64,000 nucleotides of DNA from Leptospiraceae bacterium (GCA_040217195.1 JAVJNR010000003.1:256001-320000); one strand, 5' to 3'. Shown: positions 30,631 to 40,866, counted from the stretch's first letter. The notes: generated by a model not told the origin, from the letters alone. Program-made: numbers and translations.

Positions 30631-31227
30631 TCATTCTTTTTCGTATTGATCTTGGTCTCTCTTTCTCATGTTTTCTTCTGCGCGTTTCTGCGCCGCGTTT
30701 AATAATGCCCAATCAGGTTCTTTTTTCCAGAGATCCTTCTTCTCTGGATAAGAGCCCAGGTCCAAGACTTCTAGATTCGGTGTCTTAGAAAGAATGAGCT
30801 CCACTAGTTCACCTGCACGATCCATTTTCAAAGCAAACTGAAAGCTACCACCGGGGGATTTCACCTGCAAAATGACACCCATTGTAAATCGGACCCGATG
30901 CAAAGAGGACACTTCAGGGAGACTCAACTCTACTGCGCTAGAAAATGGTGCCTTCGCCCATATTGTGTTGCCCTTGATTGTAACGACATTTGACAAGCGC
31001 CAAAACCAAGTAAGGTACTCATAATGAACATATAGACCGGCACCGCCCATGCCAAGCCCAATCAATGTATATTGCGAAAACCCATTCTCTATTGCATCGT
31101 TGATTGCGGCTGCAATCATCCCACCGAACGCGATGGTGAAAACGACCAGAGCGGGCGAAAGCAGCGCCAGCATCCAGGGTACAAGAAAAATATTCTTGAA
31201 TTCCTTACCCTCCTCACTGGTAGTCAT
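30631..31227 (-). CDS. Hypothetical 2-TM protein, candidate immunity protein
   Basis: GGGAGG RBS; overlaps the 3' end of the toxin-tip-like ORF. Confidence 0.65.
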   Translation of the reverse strand: MTTSEEGKEFKNIFLVPWMLALLSPALVVFTIAFGGMIAAAINDAIENGFSQYTLIGLGMGGAGLYVHYEYLTWFWRLSNVVTIKGNTIWAKAPFSSAVELSLPEVSSLHRVRFTMGVILQVKSPGGSFQFALKMDRAGELVELILSKTPNLEVLDLGSYPEKKDLWKKEPDWALLNAAQKRAEENMRKRDQDQYEKE

Positions 31228-31819
31228 CGGTTACCTCCCAGGAGAATTGATAGGGCAAAATAGTCAGGGGCGCAGCCGTGGACCTCAAGAACAACAGCTG
31301 ACCGGGTGTGCTGCCGGGCATGGAGTTGACCCCTCCGGTTATGTAGCGACCGAATCCATGCAGATAGGCACCCCCGAGGCCTGTGAGTAGAGCAGAAGTT
31401 CCACGGTCCTGCCAGTTGCCCGTAAGACCATGCTCGGGTATTCCACTAGAATAATCTACAAGACCATAATAAAGCCCCGTTATCCCCAGCTGAAGTGGGG
31501 TAGAAAATCTGGAATTTCCAACACCGCTCGGCACCAGACCGAGGCCCATACCGCGCATATAAGAACCGGGTATATCGCTGAATCCATAGGATTCGCCCTG
31601 CCTCAGGGAGCGAAATGCTTCCATCGGAACAATCACCAGACCAGTAACGTTGACATCAATCGCAGTTTGAGCCATGGCACGCCCCGTAGTCGTGTTTCGA
31701 AAGAAGTTACCCACTTTGGTACCGGACAATAGAGGGGCTCCATTCTTTCCAAGAGGTAGCAACCTGGGTAGCTTAGTTGCAAGTGAATTCGTAGCCCAGC
31801 TTCCTGTGGAAAAAAGCAA
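31214..31819 (-). pseudogene. Gly-rich C-terminal fragment of a large exported (polymorphic toxin-like) protein
   Basis: No convincing start; G/T/L-rich hydrophobic sequence; translationally coupled to the downstream small gene. Confidence 0.5.
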
Positions 31820-31874
31820 ACTCTCCCCAAGAAGATAATTCGAAAGGGCAATAGCTTCGGGGTTTCTATGTTTT

Positions 31875-32160
31875 TGCTCCCCTGCCAGACCGCCTGATCT
31901 GCATGATGGTCCGCGATTCGCTGCCCCCAGAGCTCCTGAGCCGCCTGTATCTCCGCTTCCTCGGCGCTCTTTTCAGCATTCCAGCGAGTGAGAAAGACGT
32001 TTTCCGCAGCAGCCCATTGATCGTTACCACGACTGAGGATGGTCTGCATTTTGGCTTCCCATTGAGCTTCCTTGTATTGGAGTTCTTCCTGACGGTTGTC
32101 CCAATTCTCTTTCTGTAGACCTACCTGCTGGGATAGCTGGGCCTGCTGGGCCTGCTGGAT
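31875..32160 (-). pseudogene. Internal fragment resembling Leptospira TIGR04388-family large proteins
   Basis: Trp-periodic coiled coil KENWDNRQEEL...WEAKMQTILSRGNDQWAAAENVFLTRW; family recognised from memory. Confidence 0.5.
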
Positions 32161-32235
32161 TTGGGGCGCCTCCCGCTTCGCGGGACCGCGCTGTCCGGGT
32201 CGGAGGGCCGACCCATCCATCGCTGTCGCGGGCGA

Positions 32236-33213
32236 TCAATCAATGATCTGATACTTCTTTAGTTCTTCCAGAGAGAGCCCGGTAATCTCAGAAATAGTCG
32301 GCCCATCAATACCCTTATCTCGCATCCGCCGGGCCGCTTCGAGCTTCCCTTCCAGCTTACCCTCAGCCTTGCCTTCTGCTCTCAGCTTGTCTGCTGTCGT
32401 TGCCATAACACCCTCGCTTTCTTCTGTCGAGAATCCTGCCATTTTCAGAGCTTCCGAAACGGCCCCGGATTCCACATCCTGCACATTGAAAATATACTGA
32501 AGTACTCTCGCCACTACTTCAACCTTTTTTCCGATATCGTCTATGTTACCCTGGCGCTCCAGATAGGGGATTAAATGCTCAAATACTCCCGGATCTCGGA
32601 TGAAGGCCACAGAAGCCAGATACAGCTGGACTGGCTCTGAAACCGGCAAGGTCGCCGGGTCGATCTTCCGAACATTGAATAGTTCTATGCCGAAATCTGG
32701 AATGTAGCGGCTCAGTACTTCCAGATCCTCTCCACCGAGACCTGAATTCTGCACCATCTGCTCCAGCAGGCGGTTCCCTAGATTCCATTCCTTCTCCCCA
32801 TGATAGAATACCAGCGGAATCACGGGAGAGAACCACCGAATTGTAGTCCACTGTCTGCGGTAAATCCTGGCAAGATATTCGATCAATTGCATGTAGATCC
32901 CCGGATCCAGGTAGGACTTATGCTCGATGAGGCAGTAGATCTGTAAGTCTCGATTGCTTTCCTTTTCGGCGGAAACATGTCCACCCGCCGGATTAAGGCT
33001 AATAGAAAACAGTAGATCGCCCTGGCTCTGTCTCTGCTCTTCATCTACGAAGGATGCGTCGATCACGTCAAGACTCGCCAGATCAAGGCGATTCACGATA
33101 TCCTGCGGCAGGGCACTGCGAATTAGATCCATCGCATTCTCTTTTTCCTGGAAAACGCTGCGGACAAAGGCATCGTGCGGATTCTGGATATCGCCCATGG
33201 GGGCGAATCTCAT
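32236..33213 (-). CDS. Rpn/YhgA-like recombination-promoting nuclease (PD-(D/E)XK)
   Basis: NPHDAFVRSVF, SFVDEE, GDLLFS, LIEHKS and PLVFYHG; C-terminal EGKAEGKLEGKLE...ITGLSLEEL. Confidence 0.93.
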   Translation of the reverse strand: MRFAPMGDIQNPHDAFVRSVFQEKENAMDLIRSALPQDIVNRLDLASLDVIDASFVDEEQRQSQGDLLFSISLNPAGGHVSAEKESNRDLQIYCLIEHKSYLDPGIYMQLIEYLARIYRRQWTTIRWFSPVIPLVFYHGEKEWNLGNRLLEQMVQNSGLGGEDLEVLSRYIPDFGIELFNVRKIDPATLPVSEPVQLYLASVAFIRDPGVFEHLIPYLERQGNIDDIGKKVEVVARVLQYIFNVQDVESGAVSEALKMAGFSTEESEGVMATTADKLRAEGKAEGKLEGKLEAARRMRDKGIDGPTISEITGLSLEELKKYQIID

Positions 33214-33280
33214 AAATAAATGTAAGTGCGCAAGCCATTCTAATCGCTGCAGCTGTTGGCTCCTTCCTGAATATGATTGG

Positions 33281-33419
33281 GTTCGACTTATATACCTTCT
33301 GGCGATATTACCCGAACTTCGCCCGAACGAGTTCCTTTTAAAAGCAGTCTCTCCATGTTACTCGAACCGGCCCCTGAGCGCGGTTCGCATAAACACGGCC
33401 GCGCGGCCATAACCCGAAC
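33281..33419. repeat. Three GTTC(G/C)-N27-CGAAC inverted-repeat sites
   Basis: Sites at 33281-33317, 33331-33367 and 33383-33419, between rpn and the integrase gene. Confidence 0.7.
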
Positions 33420-33483
33420 CTCGGCCACAGTGATCCCTTTTTCGTCAGGAGATCTGAGTTTCCAACCGACGCTTACCCAATCC

Positions 33484-34434
33484 ATGTCTTTCTTTTTCTT
33501 CCTGCTTGTCTGCACCCTTCTGTTCTTCAACCGACACCTTTATCTGCGAAACCTGTCTCTTCAGGCCCAATTATCCGTCTATCGCAGGCGACACGAGAGA
33601 TCAGTCTCTATCCCGGAGTGGTTTCGCCGGCTGGCGGTGTGGATCTCCCGGATTTCACACTGCTGGAAAGAAGTCTGCCTTATAGTCCAACCTGCCGCAG
33701 TTCTGGACTGGCATCGAAGACGATACAAAGACTTCTGGACTCTCAAAGTCGCCGCCGGCATCCGCAATATGGGTCGGCCTCCTATAGACGAGGATACCAT
33801 ATCGTTCATTCAGCGGATGAACCGGGAGAACTCATTGTGGACCGCTCGCAGAATTCAGGGAGAGCTATATCGCAGTGCAGGAATCCGCCTACATCTGGAT
33901 ACAATTCGTAAATATATGGTCCGGAGAACACCCGATCCACTCCGGGCACTCAAATGGAAACAGTTCCTCAAATTACATCTGCCTGAAATCGCGGCGATGG
34001 ACTTTTTCATCATTCCCAGAGTTGGGAGAAACCCGTTGATCGGATTCTTCGTCATAGCTCATGAACGACCAAAGCTATTGCATATCAATGTTACGTCGTC
34101 GCCCACCGGCGAATGGCTGAGAGATCAGCTGATGCTTGCTCTCGGAACGTCAGCCAACTTGCAGTATATACTCTCTGACAACGATCAGCTCTACCGGACT
34201 GTCCGGCAATTCATCAATCAAGTGCTGAGTTTGAATAGCGTAACAACCCAATTGGCCAGTCCATGGCAGAACGGCATCGCGGAGAGATTCGTGAGAACTC
34301 TGCGGGAAGATCTTCTAAACTGCATCATTCCCCATAGTGAGTCCCTGGTCCGAGCCCGACTTCAGGAATACCTCCGGCACTACAACGAAGATCGGACCCA
34401 TTCTTCTATTGATCTGGACTCACCGGATGGCCGC
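33484..34434 (+). mobile_element. rve integrase-core (DDE) transposase, 3' end interrupted
   Basis: IVQPAAVLDWHR, GRPPI, WTARRIQGEL, AMDFF, LSDND, SPWQNGIAERFVRTLR and HYNEDRTH. Homology stops at DSPDGR, where a GC-rich repeat begins. Confidence 0.85.
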
Positions 34435-34660
34435 GAGGACGCACATGGATGTGCTAATGTCTGCGGAGCCGCCGGACACGATGTCCCAGTGTCGCGGAGG
34501 ACAGGAAGTCCGGGAGCGACCACGGAGGGCGAGAGCAGACGCGCCAAGAATGACCGATCTTCGGAAAATCCGTTCCGAATCCAGGGTGAGCGGCCTGACG
34601 CGCACGGAGGCGCTAATGTCGGCGGAGACAGGACGTCGGGAGCCGACGGCACCGAAGATA
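34430..34660. repeat. REP-like palindromic element, two related copies
   Basis: GACGCACATGGATGTGCTAATGTCTGCGGAG and GACGCGCACGGAGGCGCTAATGTCGGCGGAG, each followed by GACAGGA(A/C)GTC(C/G)GGAGC-type hairpins. Confidence 0.65.
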
Positions 34661-34847
34661 CTCCCTGGAGGATGTTGCATGACCCGATGACTTTTTCGAG
34701 GGTACAGTTTGCCAAGATCTCGGCGCGCTCCATCACGCTATTGATTTGCCATAATGCCAATGAGCTCCAACTGGACTTCTCCACACTATTGCAACCCAAT
34801 TCAAGTATTCGCTCAAACTCCAAATTGCTCCGAAGCTACTCTATCCC

Positions 34848-35522
34848 CTACAGCCCGCCATCGATATTGCCCGGAGCCGTGCTATTGCTGCCGGAACCGC
34901 TATCCGACCCGGAGCTTCCAGGTTTGCTTCGCGAATCAACGTCTCCGCTACCGGAGCTTCCGGGTTTGCTTCGCGAATCAACGTCTCCGCTACCAGAGCT
35001 TCCAGGTGTTTGGCCCGAGCCATCGTCTATAGCTTCCGAGCTTCCATCCGTGCTGCCCGGTTCAATTCCATCATCTTTCATCTGTTTCTGTTTCGCTTCA
35101 TTGCTCAGTCTTTCATCTATGGCATCCAGATCTTCCGTAAGACAGCCGCAATTCAATGAAAGATGATAATTGAAGCCATCCGCGCAGCCGGCGCTTTGAG
35201 TAGCCGCGGTGCACTGGATATTTAGATTGGCCACCTTTCCCGGCTGGATAATGTCAGGCAGATCCAGTTCGCACTGCCATGGAGGTTGATAGGACGGCGT
35301 CTGTTCAGGTTGACATTGTACTCTACATTTGGATTTGTTCGTCAGTGTGCGAGTAACGGTAAGCTTTCCTTCGGTACAGTTAGATTGAATCTTCGAAGGA
35401 CCAGCAGTGATGTCAAAATCGTAGATTGGTTCAATGCGATACTTGCTCACTTCTGGAAACTGAGCACAGCCCAATAGAAAGAGAGCAGAGAGAATGAGGG
35501 TCAGTGCACCTGACTTATTCAT
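34848..35522 (-). CDS. Cys-rich lipoprotein with Gly/Ser low-complexity tail
   Basis: Lipobox LLGC; multiple Cys; PGSSGSGDVDSRSK repeats. Confidence 0.8.
   Translation of the reverse strand: MNKSGALTLILSALFLLGCAQFPEVSKYRIEPIYDFDITAGPSKIQSNCTEGKLTVTRTLTNKSKCRVQCQPEQTPSYQPPWQCELDLPDIIQPGKVANLNIQCTAATQSAGCADGFNYHLSLNCGCLTEDLDAIDERLSNEAKQKQMKDDGIEPGSTDGSSEAIDDGSGQTPGSSGSGDVDSRSKPGSSGSGDVDSRSKPGSSGSDSGSGSNSTAPGNIDGGL
34909..35007. repeat. 42-bp in-frame tandem repeat, about 2.3 copies
   Basis: CCGGAGCTTCC(A/G)GGTTTGCTTCGCGAATCAACGTCTCCGCTA at 34909 and 34951, partial copy at 34993. Confidence 0.92.
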
Positions 35523-36030
35523 GGGTAAGCTCCAGAGTCTTGCTCGTTATATTCTCACGATTCTGGTAATAGTCATCATCGTAAAAATCAAAGCCAAAAA
35601 GACCTGCGAAGAAATCGCCCAATTCTCCGGGGTTAATTCCTGCAATGGCCCACAAAAAGATGCCAGTTTTGGTCCATTCTTCGTTTCCCTGAAGGTCTGC
35701 CATGCTTATGGAAGCACGTTTCCCTCGATAGGCAAACCGATAGTCGTAGAACAAAGATTCCTGATCAAGCTTCTGGTCGAAAAAGAGGTAGTTCTGCTCA
35801 TCTATACAATGGGTTCCCCATCGGCCGGCCAGCAACCCATAGAAGCAGGTGCTGTTGTGGCCCAGACCCAATTTTAGTGGACCAATTCCGACCTGCACAA
35901 GCAAGGCTGAACCCTCCACCGGTATGGCAAAATCCACAATATCGGCCATATCGGCGCTGCGATCCCTGACATAGGAGCTCTGGCAGCTAACTGTGGCAAG
36001 GATGAGAAGTAAAATGATGCTAAGTTTCAC
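35515..36030 (-). CDS. Hypothetical lipoprotein
   Basis: Lipobox TVSC; DRSADMADIVD and GINPGELGDFFAGLFGFDFYDDD segments. Confidence 0.8.
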   Translation of the reverse strand: MKLSIILLLILATVSCQSSYVRDRSADMADIVDFAIPVEGSALLVQVGIGPLKLGLGHNSTCFYGLLAGRWGTHCIDEQNYLFFDQKLDQESLFYDYRFAYRGKRASISMADLQGNEEWTKTGIFLWAIAGINPGELGDFFAGLFGFDFYDDDYYQNRENITSKTLELTHE

Positions 36031-36097
36031 ATAACCATCCGCTCATGTATCTAAATTGTTTGCAAGCGAAACATCCAGGAGTACTGCCCATCCCGGG

Positions 36098-37291
36098 CTA
36101 ATTGCCGGCTCTTTCCAATCGTATCAGAGCGATCTCTGAGCTGGTCCCCACTCGCAGGGGCGGTCCCCAGTAACCGGTGCCGCAGCTCACAAAAATAAGT
36201 GTATTCTTATATCGATGAAGTCCCTTAACGAAAGGTTGCTGCAGAGGCACAAACAGGCTTCCCGGAAAATATTGTCCTCCATGGGTATGGCCGGAGAGCT
36301 GCAGATGGGTTTTCGCTTCTGCCGCTGCCTGAATGCTTCGGGGCTGATGGGCCAGTAGTATTCGGATGGCCTCTTCCGGACTGTCCTGAAAAGCTCTTTG
36401 AGGATTGGAACTATGCCCGGCAATAAAGGACCCGGCATTGTAGTCTGTTACGCCTCCCATGACAATCTGCGCTTTACCCCGGCGAATTACTTTATGCTCG
36501 TTCAATAGAACATTCATTCCCAGCCGCTTCGTTTCTCCGATCCATTGCAGAGCTCCTGAATAATACTCATGATTACCGGTGACGTAAAAAGTGCCCTGCT
36601 CTGATCTAAGATCTGCCAGAGGCTGTACGTGCTTTCTTAGTCTGGGTACACTGCCGTCGATCAGATCTCCTGTAATTGCGATTAGATCCGGATTGAGCTC
36701 ATTTGTTTTTTCTACAACCTTTCGAACAAATCTTTCCTTGATCGTGGGCCCCACGTGCAGATCCGAAATCTGAGCGATGGTAAACCCCACAAATTCCCGG
36801 GGCAGATTAGAAATAGGTACTGAAACTCGAACGATCTTGATTCTGCCTCTGGCCTGGAAATAGCCGAAGATGGTCAGCCCACCAGTAAGTCCCAGAATCG
36901 TTAGATTCAAAGTGTTAATCCAGAAGGTTCGATCCGAGGCAATCTCCTGGATTCTCTCCGGTGACAGAAATGCGAAGGATGCCAGATCGAAGGCGGCCAG
37001 TCCCAGGTCCCGTACAATCACAAAAAATAGAGCCATACTGAAAAAGCCAAACGTGATATAGGCAATCCATCCAATTGCATCGCTCAACGGCGATTCCTCG
37101 TAAAAGATTCGAACGAACTGTGACAGAGGACCCAGTAAGATGCATGCGATGATGAAAGTGATGGCCAGAACTCGAATAGAGTTTTCCATGGTAGCAAAAG
37201 GAAGTAATCTGTACGCGGTATAGCCGTAAGCAGCAGCCAGTATGGCTGTAAATATCGATAAGAAAATGATCAATCGCTTTAGACCGGGCAT
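36098..37291 (-). CDS. Membrane-anchored metallophosphoesterase (YkuE/YaeI-like)
   Basis: SDLHVG, TGDLIDG, TGNHEYY, LAHQP and SGHTHGGQ. Confidence 0.93.
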   Translation of the reverse strand: MPGLKRLIIFLSIFTAILAAAYGYTAYRLLPFATMENSIRVLAITFIIACILLGPLSQFVRIFYEESPLSDAIGWIAYITFGFFSMALFFVIVRDLGLAAFDLASFAFLSPERIQEIASDRTFWINTLNLTILGLTGGLTIFGYFQARGRIKIVRVSVPISNLPREFVGFTIAQISDLHVGPTIKERFVRKVVEKTNELNPDLIAITGDLIDGSVPRLRKHVQPLADLRSEQGTFYVTGNHEYYSGALQWIGETKRLGMNVLLNEHKVIRRGKAQIVMGGVTDYNAGSFIAGHSSNPQRAFQDSPEEAIRILLAHQPRSIQAAAEAKTHLQLSGHTHGGQYFPGSLFVPLQQPFVKGLHRYKNTLIFVSCGTGYWGPPLRVGTSSEIALIRLERAGN

Positions 37292-37345
37292 AATACACGA
37301 AGATAACAGACCGCCCTTACGGCGATCAAAAGAAGTGACTCGAAG

Positions 37346-38488
37346 TCAATTTCGAAGAATGGTGAACGGATATCTTCCGAATGACTTTCCATTAATCTGA
37401 ATTTCCAGACTATGCTTTCCAGGATAGATAGTTCGAGTGGTCATATTGGCTCGCATCGGATGTTTCTTTTCGATCAACACTGTTTCATTTCTTTCCAGTA
37501 CAAGACTCTTGAGCTTAAATACCTTACTTCCTTTTAGCTCCCCGGCTTTATTGCGAAAATGAATTATAAAATCTACAATCAGGCTCTCCCTGGAAGTAGA
37601 CTTCAGGTTAAAGGAAAACTCCAGAGATGATCCCAGCTTAACTTTCTTCAATAACTTCAAGTCGGATAGCTTTACCTTCGGATTTGGCGAATAGCCCAGA
37701 ATCTCCATTGCCCGTGGATTTCCCTCCTTGATTAGACTGCGAAGACCGTGGCGAATGATGAAATCCATTTCCTTTTCATTTTGTTTGCCTGATTTTTTCC
37801 ATCGCTGCAGCGTATTCATTGCCAGAGTCGGGTCCACTCTGGAAATATCGTTGATGTGATTGGCTACAGACCTGGTTACATAGCGAGTACGGTCCGAATA
37901 CAGTTGATCCAGCACAGGCAGAGCTTCTTTAATCGAAATATTGATTTTTCCTGCCCAGGGCAATCGAGGTCGAAGGCCTTCGCTACAAAGTCGCCGAATG
38001 TGATAATGCGAATCTTTGCTCCATCGTTTCAGAACCTTAATCGTTTCTTCAGGAAATGAATTTATGAAATAGCGAATACAATCCTCTGCAGAAAATCGAG
38101 TTGTAATCTCATAAATAGCGTCCAGAGAAATTTCCAGGTACTGCTCTTTGCATCCATACCGAGCCACAAATTCACCGTATGGAGCATATATAAAATCTCC
38201 AAAATCATCATCCGAAAGGGCTGGATCGCTGGGTGCAGGCAGGGCCTTTACAATGATAGGAATTGCCTTTCTGTAATCCGAAGGTAGATGTTTTTGCAGG
38301 CATTGGGCCATCCATGTGATCCTGGCTTTCAGTTCCCGCTGCCTAAAACCAGCGAGCACTTCCTCAATAAATGCCTTCTTCTGGAATTTAGAATAAGCCC
38401 GGTCCAGCTCATCTGCCATTTGCTGAACCTTCTTCCTGTTAAATAGATGGTCTTTGAGAAGGAACTTTTCGGAATCTGGCCTGGCCAT
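37346..38488 (-). CDS. DNA alkylation repair protein (AlkC-like glycosylase)
   Basis: TTRFSAEDCIRYF, HIRRLCSEGLRPRLPW and YVTRSVANHINDI. Confidence 0.9.
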   Translation of the reverse strand: MARPDSEKFLLKDHLFNRKKVQQMADELDRAYSKFQKKAFIEEVLAGFRQRELKARITWMAQCLQKHLPSDYRKAIPIIVKALPAPSDPALSDDDFGDFIYAPYGEFVARYGCKEQYLEISLDAIYEITTRFSAEDCIRYFINSFPEETIKVLKRWSKDSHYHIRRLCSEGLRPRLPWAGKINISIKEALPVLDQLYSDRTRYVTRSVANHINDISRVDPTLAMNTLQRWKKSGKQNEKEMDFIIRHGLRSLIKEGNPRAMEILGYSPNPKVKLSDLKLLKKVKLGSSLEFSFNLKSTSRESLIVDFIIHFRNKAGELKGSKVFKLKSLVLERNETVLIEKKHPMRANMTTRTIYPGKHSLEIQINGKSFGRYPFTILRN

Positions 38489-38619
38489 GGTAGCAATAAA
38501 TTCGGATGATTCGCACAATGGCAAGCAATGTCAGCTAATAGCTTATTTGGCCGCTATGTGGCCACCGGTGGCTGGGAAACTCCATTAGTCTGGCCTCATA
38601 TATCGGATGGCTCTGGTAG

Positions 38620-38739
38620 CTACCCTCGGGCCCCCGGCGGTCCCAGCAGAAGAGAAACCAGTAACTCAGCGGCCAGCATACCCAGAGAAAGAACGCTGCT
38701 CCACAGTATCGCCTGTTCGGCCAGTTTTTCTAGATGCAT
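38620..38739 (-). CDS. Possible 39-aa hydrophobic small protein
   Basis: MHLEKLAEQAILWSSVLSLGMLAAELLVSLLLGPPGARG, just downstream of tetR; below the ORF-track cutoff. Confidence 0.35.
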   Translation of the reverse strand: MHLEKLAEQAILWSSVLSLGMLAAELLVSLLLGPPGARG

Positions 38740-38805
38740 ATTAGTTCTCTTTTTTCGCTTTGTGGCTTCAATTTCGCTTCTTGGATTCGAGATTGCTTCT
38801 TAGCT

Positions 38806-39441
38806 TCAAGATTGCTTCGCGGATCGAGCAGAATTCCCGGCTTTTTTTACGGGACCAAGACCGGCAAATAGAGTGCGAAAGATTAGATCCGGTGCATCGT
38901 TGGATGCCAGGAAACCATCGGCAATGCCGCTCCAGCTGGAAAAAAGCAGACCATCCAGCGCAGCTGCAAAGTAGGCATCAGGCACCGAGACATCCAGGGC
39001 TCCCTCTTCTTTCAAATTTCGCGATAGCTCCAGGCTTTCCTGTCTCTGCCTTTCCAGTGCCTGTCGGATTTCTGGAATTTCTAGGAGGGCAGGATCCTGA
39101 TCCAGAACTCGAAACCTATCCCCCAGCGAAATCAATGATGGTAGAATTCTATTTAGATAGTCCATGGCGGATGAATCGTCGGGCATTTCCTCTGTTATTT
39201 CATCCAGAACATCGAGAGTATCCAGTGCGATGGCCCGCATCAGATCCTGACGACTTGAGTATCTACGGTTGAGTGTGGCCCGTCCGATGCCACAGGCCCG
39301 GGCTATGGAATCCATGCTGGCCCGGGGATTCTGGGCCATTGCGGCTGCGGCAGATCCCAGTAACCTTCGATCCCCTCCGGCTGGCGTTTTTTTGCCATCA
39401 ATCCGTTTCTGTATCATCTGAGACGTTATTGTCTCATCCAT
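38806..39441 (-). CDS. TetR/AcrR-family regulator (start uncertain)
   Basis: NPRASMDSIARACGIGRATLNRRYSSRQDL HTH. Confidence 0.88.
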   Translation of the reverse strand: MDETITSQMIQKRIDGKKTPAGGDRRLLGSAAAAMAQNPRASMDSIARACGIGRATLNRRYSSRQDLMRAIALDTLDVLDEITEEMPDDSSAMDYLNRILPSLISLGDRFRVLDQDPALLEIPEIRQALERQRQESLELSRNLKEEGALDVSVPDAYFAAALDGLLFSSWSGIADGFLASNDAPDLIFRTLFAGLGPVKKAGNSARSAKQS

Positions 39442-39861
39442 AATTGAGTGCAACAGAAATTTCCCGTTTTTCCAGGCCACGAAAAGACGACATGGGGGCT
39501 TATTTTCCCGGGGTTCCACCAGCAAGGGGCATCCAGATCAAGAAACGACAGTGTATTTAGATCAATAGTAGGACGGGAATCCAGACCAGAATGCGAAATG
39601 GGACCACTCAAATGATCCAGGCTCAGATTCAGGCTTTCCCGGATCCCGAAAATCTTGCATGATCTGTGGCTTTACTGTGAGCTTAAACGGCCGCTTACAA
39701 ATCGAATGGACTGAACGTGATGCATCCTCCGCTGGAGAGTTTGCAACTATTGCTTTGCAGAATTGGAATGCCGAGGAATTTGCTTTACGCGAATAATTTA
39801 CCTGGCGAGAACCTAACTGAGGCATCGGCTACTATTTGAGGCCGGAGCATTAAGCCAACAT

Positions 39862-40866
39862 ATGAAACCGGAACCAAAGGATTTTCTCTCACTGACCAAG
39901 ACACTCTTCATTGAGGAAACGGATCATGAATTGCCTGAACATGTCCGCACCCGGGACATGCGGTATACGGACTTCAAACTCATTGAGCGCGGCGGGGTTT
40001 GCCTCATCCAGTCCTGCAAGGACAATTACCTGGGCAGAATCGTATGCCATAAAAGTCTGCGCAAAGAGTTTGTAAATAGCAAAGAAGAAAGAGTTCGGTT
40101 TTTACGCGAAGCCCGTGTGACGGCCATGTTGCAGCATCCGAATACCATTCCAGTCTACGACATTAGCAGAGATTCCAGGGATCACTATTTCTTTACTATG
40201 AAGCTGCTTCATGGCTATACCCTGCATGGAGTCTTTGAGAAGTTAAAACAGAACGATAAGGAAATTGTTAAGGAGTTCCAGCTAAACCGACTTCTGGGAG
40301 CCTTTATACAGATAGCCAATGCTCTGGACTACGCACATGAGCACGGAGTTATTCACCGGGACATTAAACCTATGAACATCGCCATTGGAGCTTATGGTGA
40401 AGTACAGCTAATTGACTGGGGACTGGCCAAAGTCTGGCACAAAGATGCATCGAAAACCGAAATAGAGAAGAAAGGAGAAATAAAAAGCACCCATACACAT
40501 ACTGATTTTCGATTAACCCATGCAGGTCAGCTCAAGGCTACACCGCTCTACATGTCACCGGAACAGGTTAATAACGACGTAAACCTGGATTCTCGCTCGG
40601 ATATATACAGCCTGGGGACAGTGCTGTACGAAATATTAACACTGGAAACCATGATAGAAGGTACAACTATAAACGAACTTATGGACAACATTACCAATGG
40701 GCGATTCTCAACTCCTTCTGAGAAAGCCCCCGGACGAACCATTCCTGAGGAGATCGAAAACATTTGTTTGAAATGCGTTCAAACGGATCCAGATAAGCGC
40801 TACCAGAAAGTAAGCGATCTGATCGATGATATTCGCGAATTCCGGGAAGAAAGGCTACACAGCTGA
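39862..40866 (+). CDS. Hanks-type Ser/Thr protein kinase (stand-alone catalytic domain)
   Basis: FLREARVTAMLQHPN, IHRDIKPMNI, DWGLAK, TPLYMSPEQ and SDIYSLG. Confidence 0.95.
   Translation: MKPEPKDFLSLTKTLFIEETDHELPEHVRTRDMRYTDFKLIERGGVCLIQSCKDNYLGRIVCHKSLRKEFVNSKEERVRFLREARVTAMLQHPNTIPVYDISRDSRDHYFFTMKLLHGYTLHGVFEKLKQNDKEIVKEFQLNRLLGAFIQIANALDYAHEHGVIHRDIKPMNIAIGAYGEVQLIDWGLAKVWHKDASKTEIEKKGEIKSTHTHTDFRLTHAGQLKATPLYMSPEQVNNDVNLDSRSDIYSLGTVLYEILTLETMIEGTTINELMDNITNGRFSTPSEKAPGRTIPEEIENICLKCVQTDPDKRYQKVSDLIDDIREFREERLHS

Noticed and set aside
33277..35166. 629-aa integrase fusion protein from the ORF track
   Set aside because: Only about 33484-34434 is integrase-like; the rest reads through a repeat and antisense to the 34848-35522 lipoprotein gene.
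18395..36050. Integrative element bounded by attL/attR at tRNA-Asn
   Set aside because: I found no duplicate of the tRNA 3' end and no tyrosine or serine integrase by eye.
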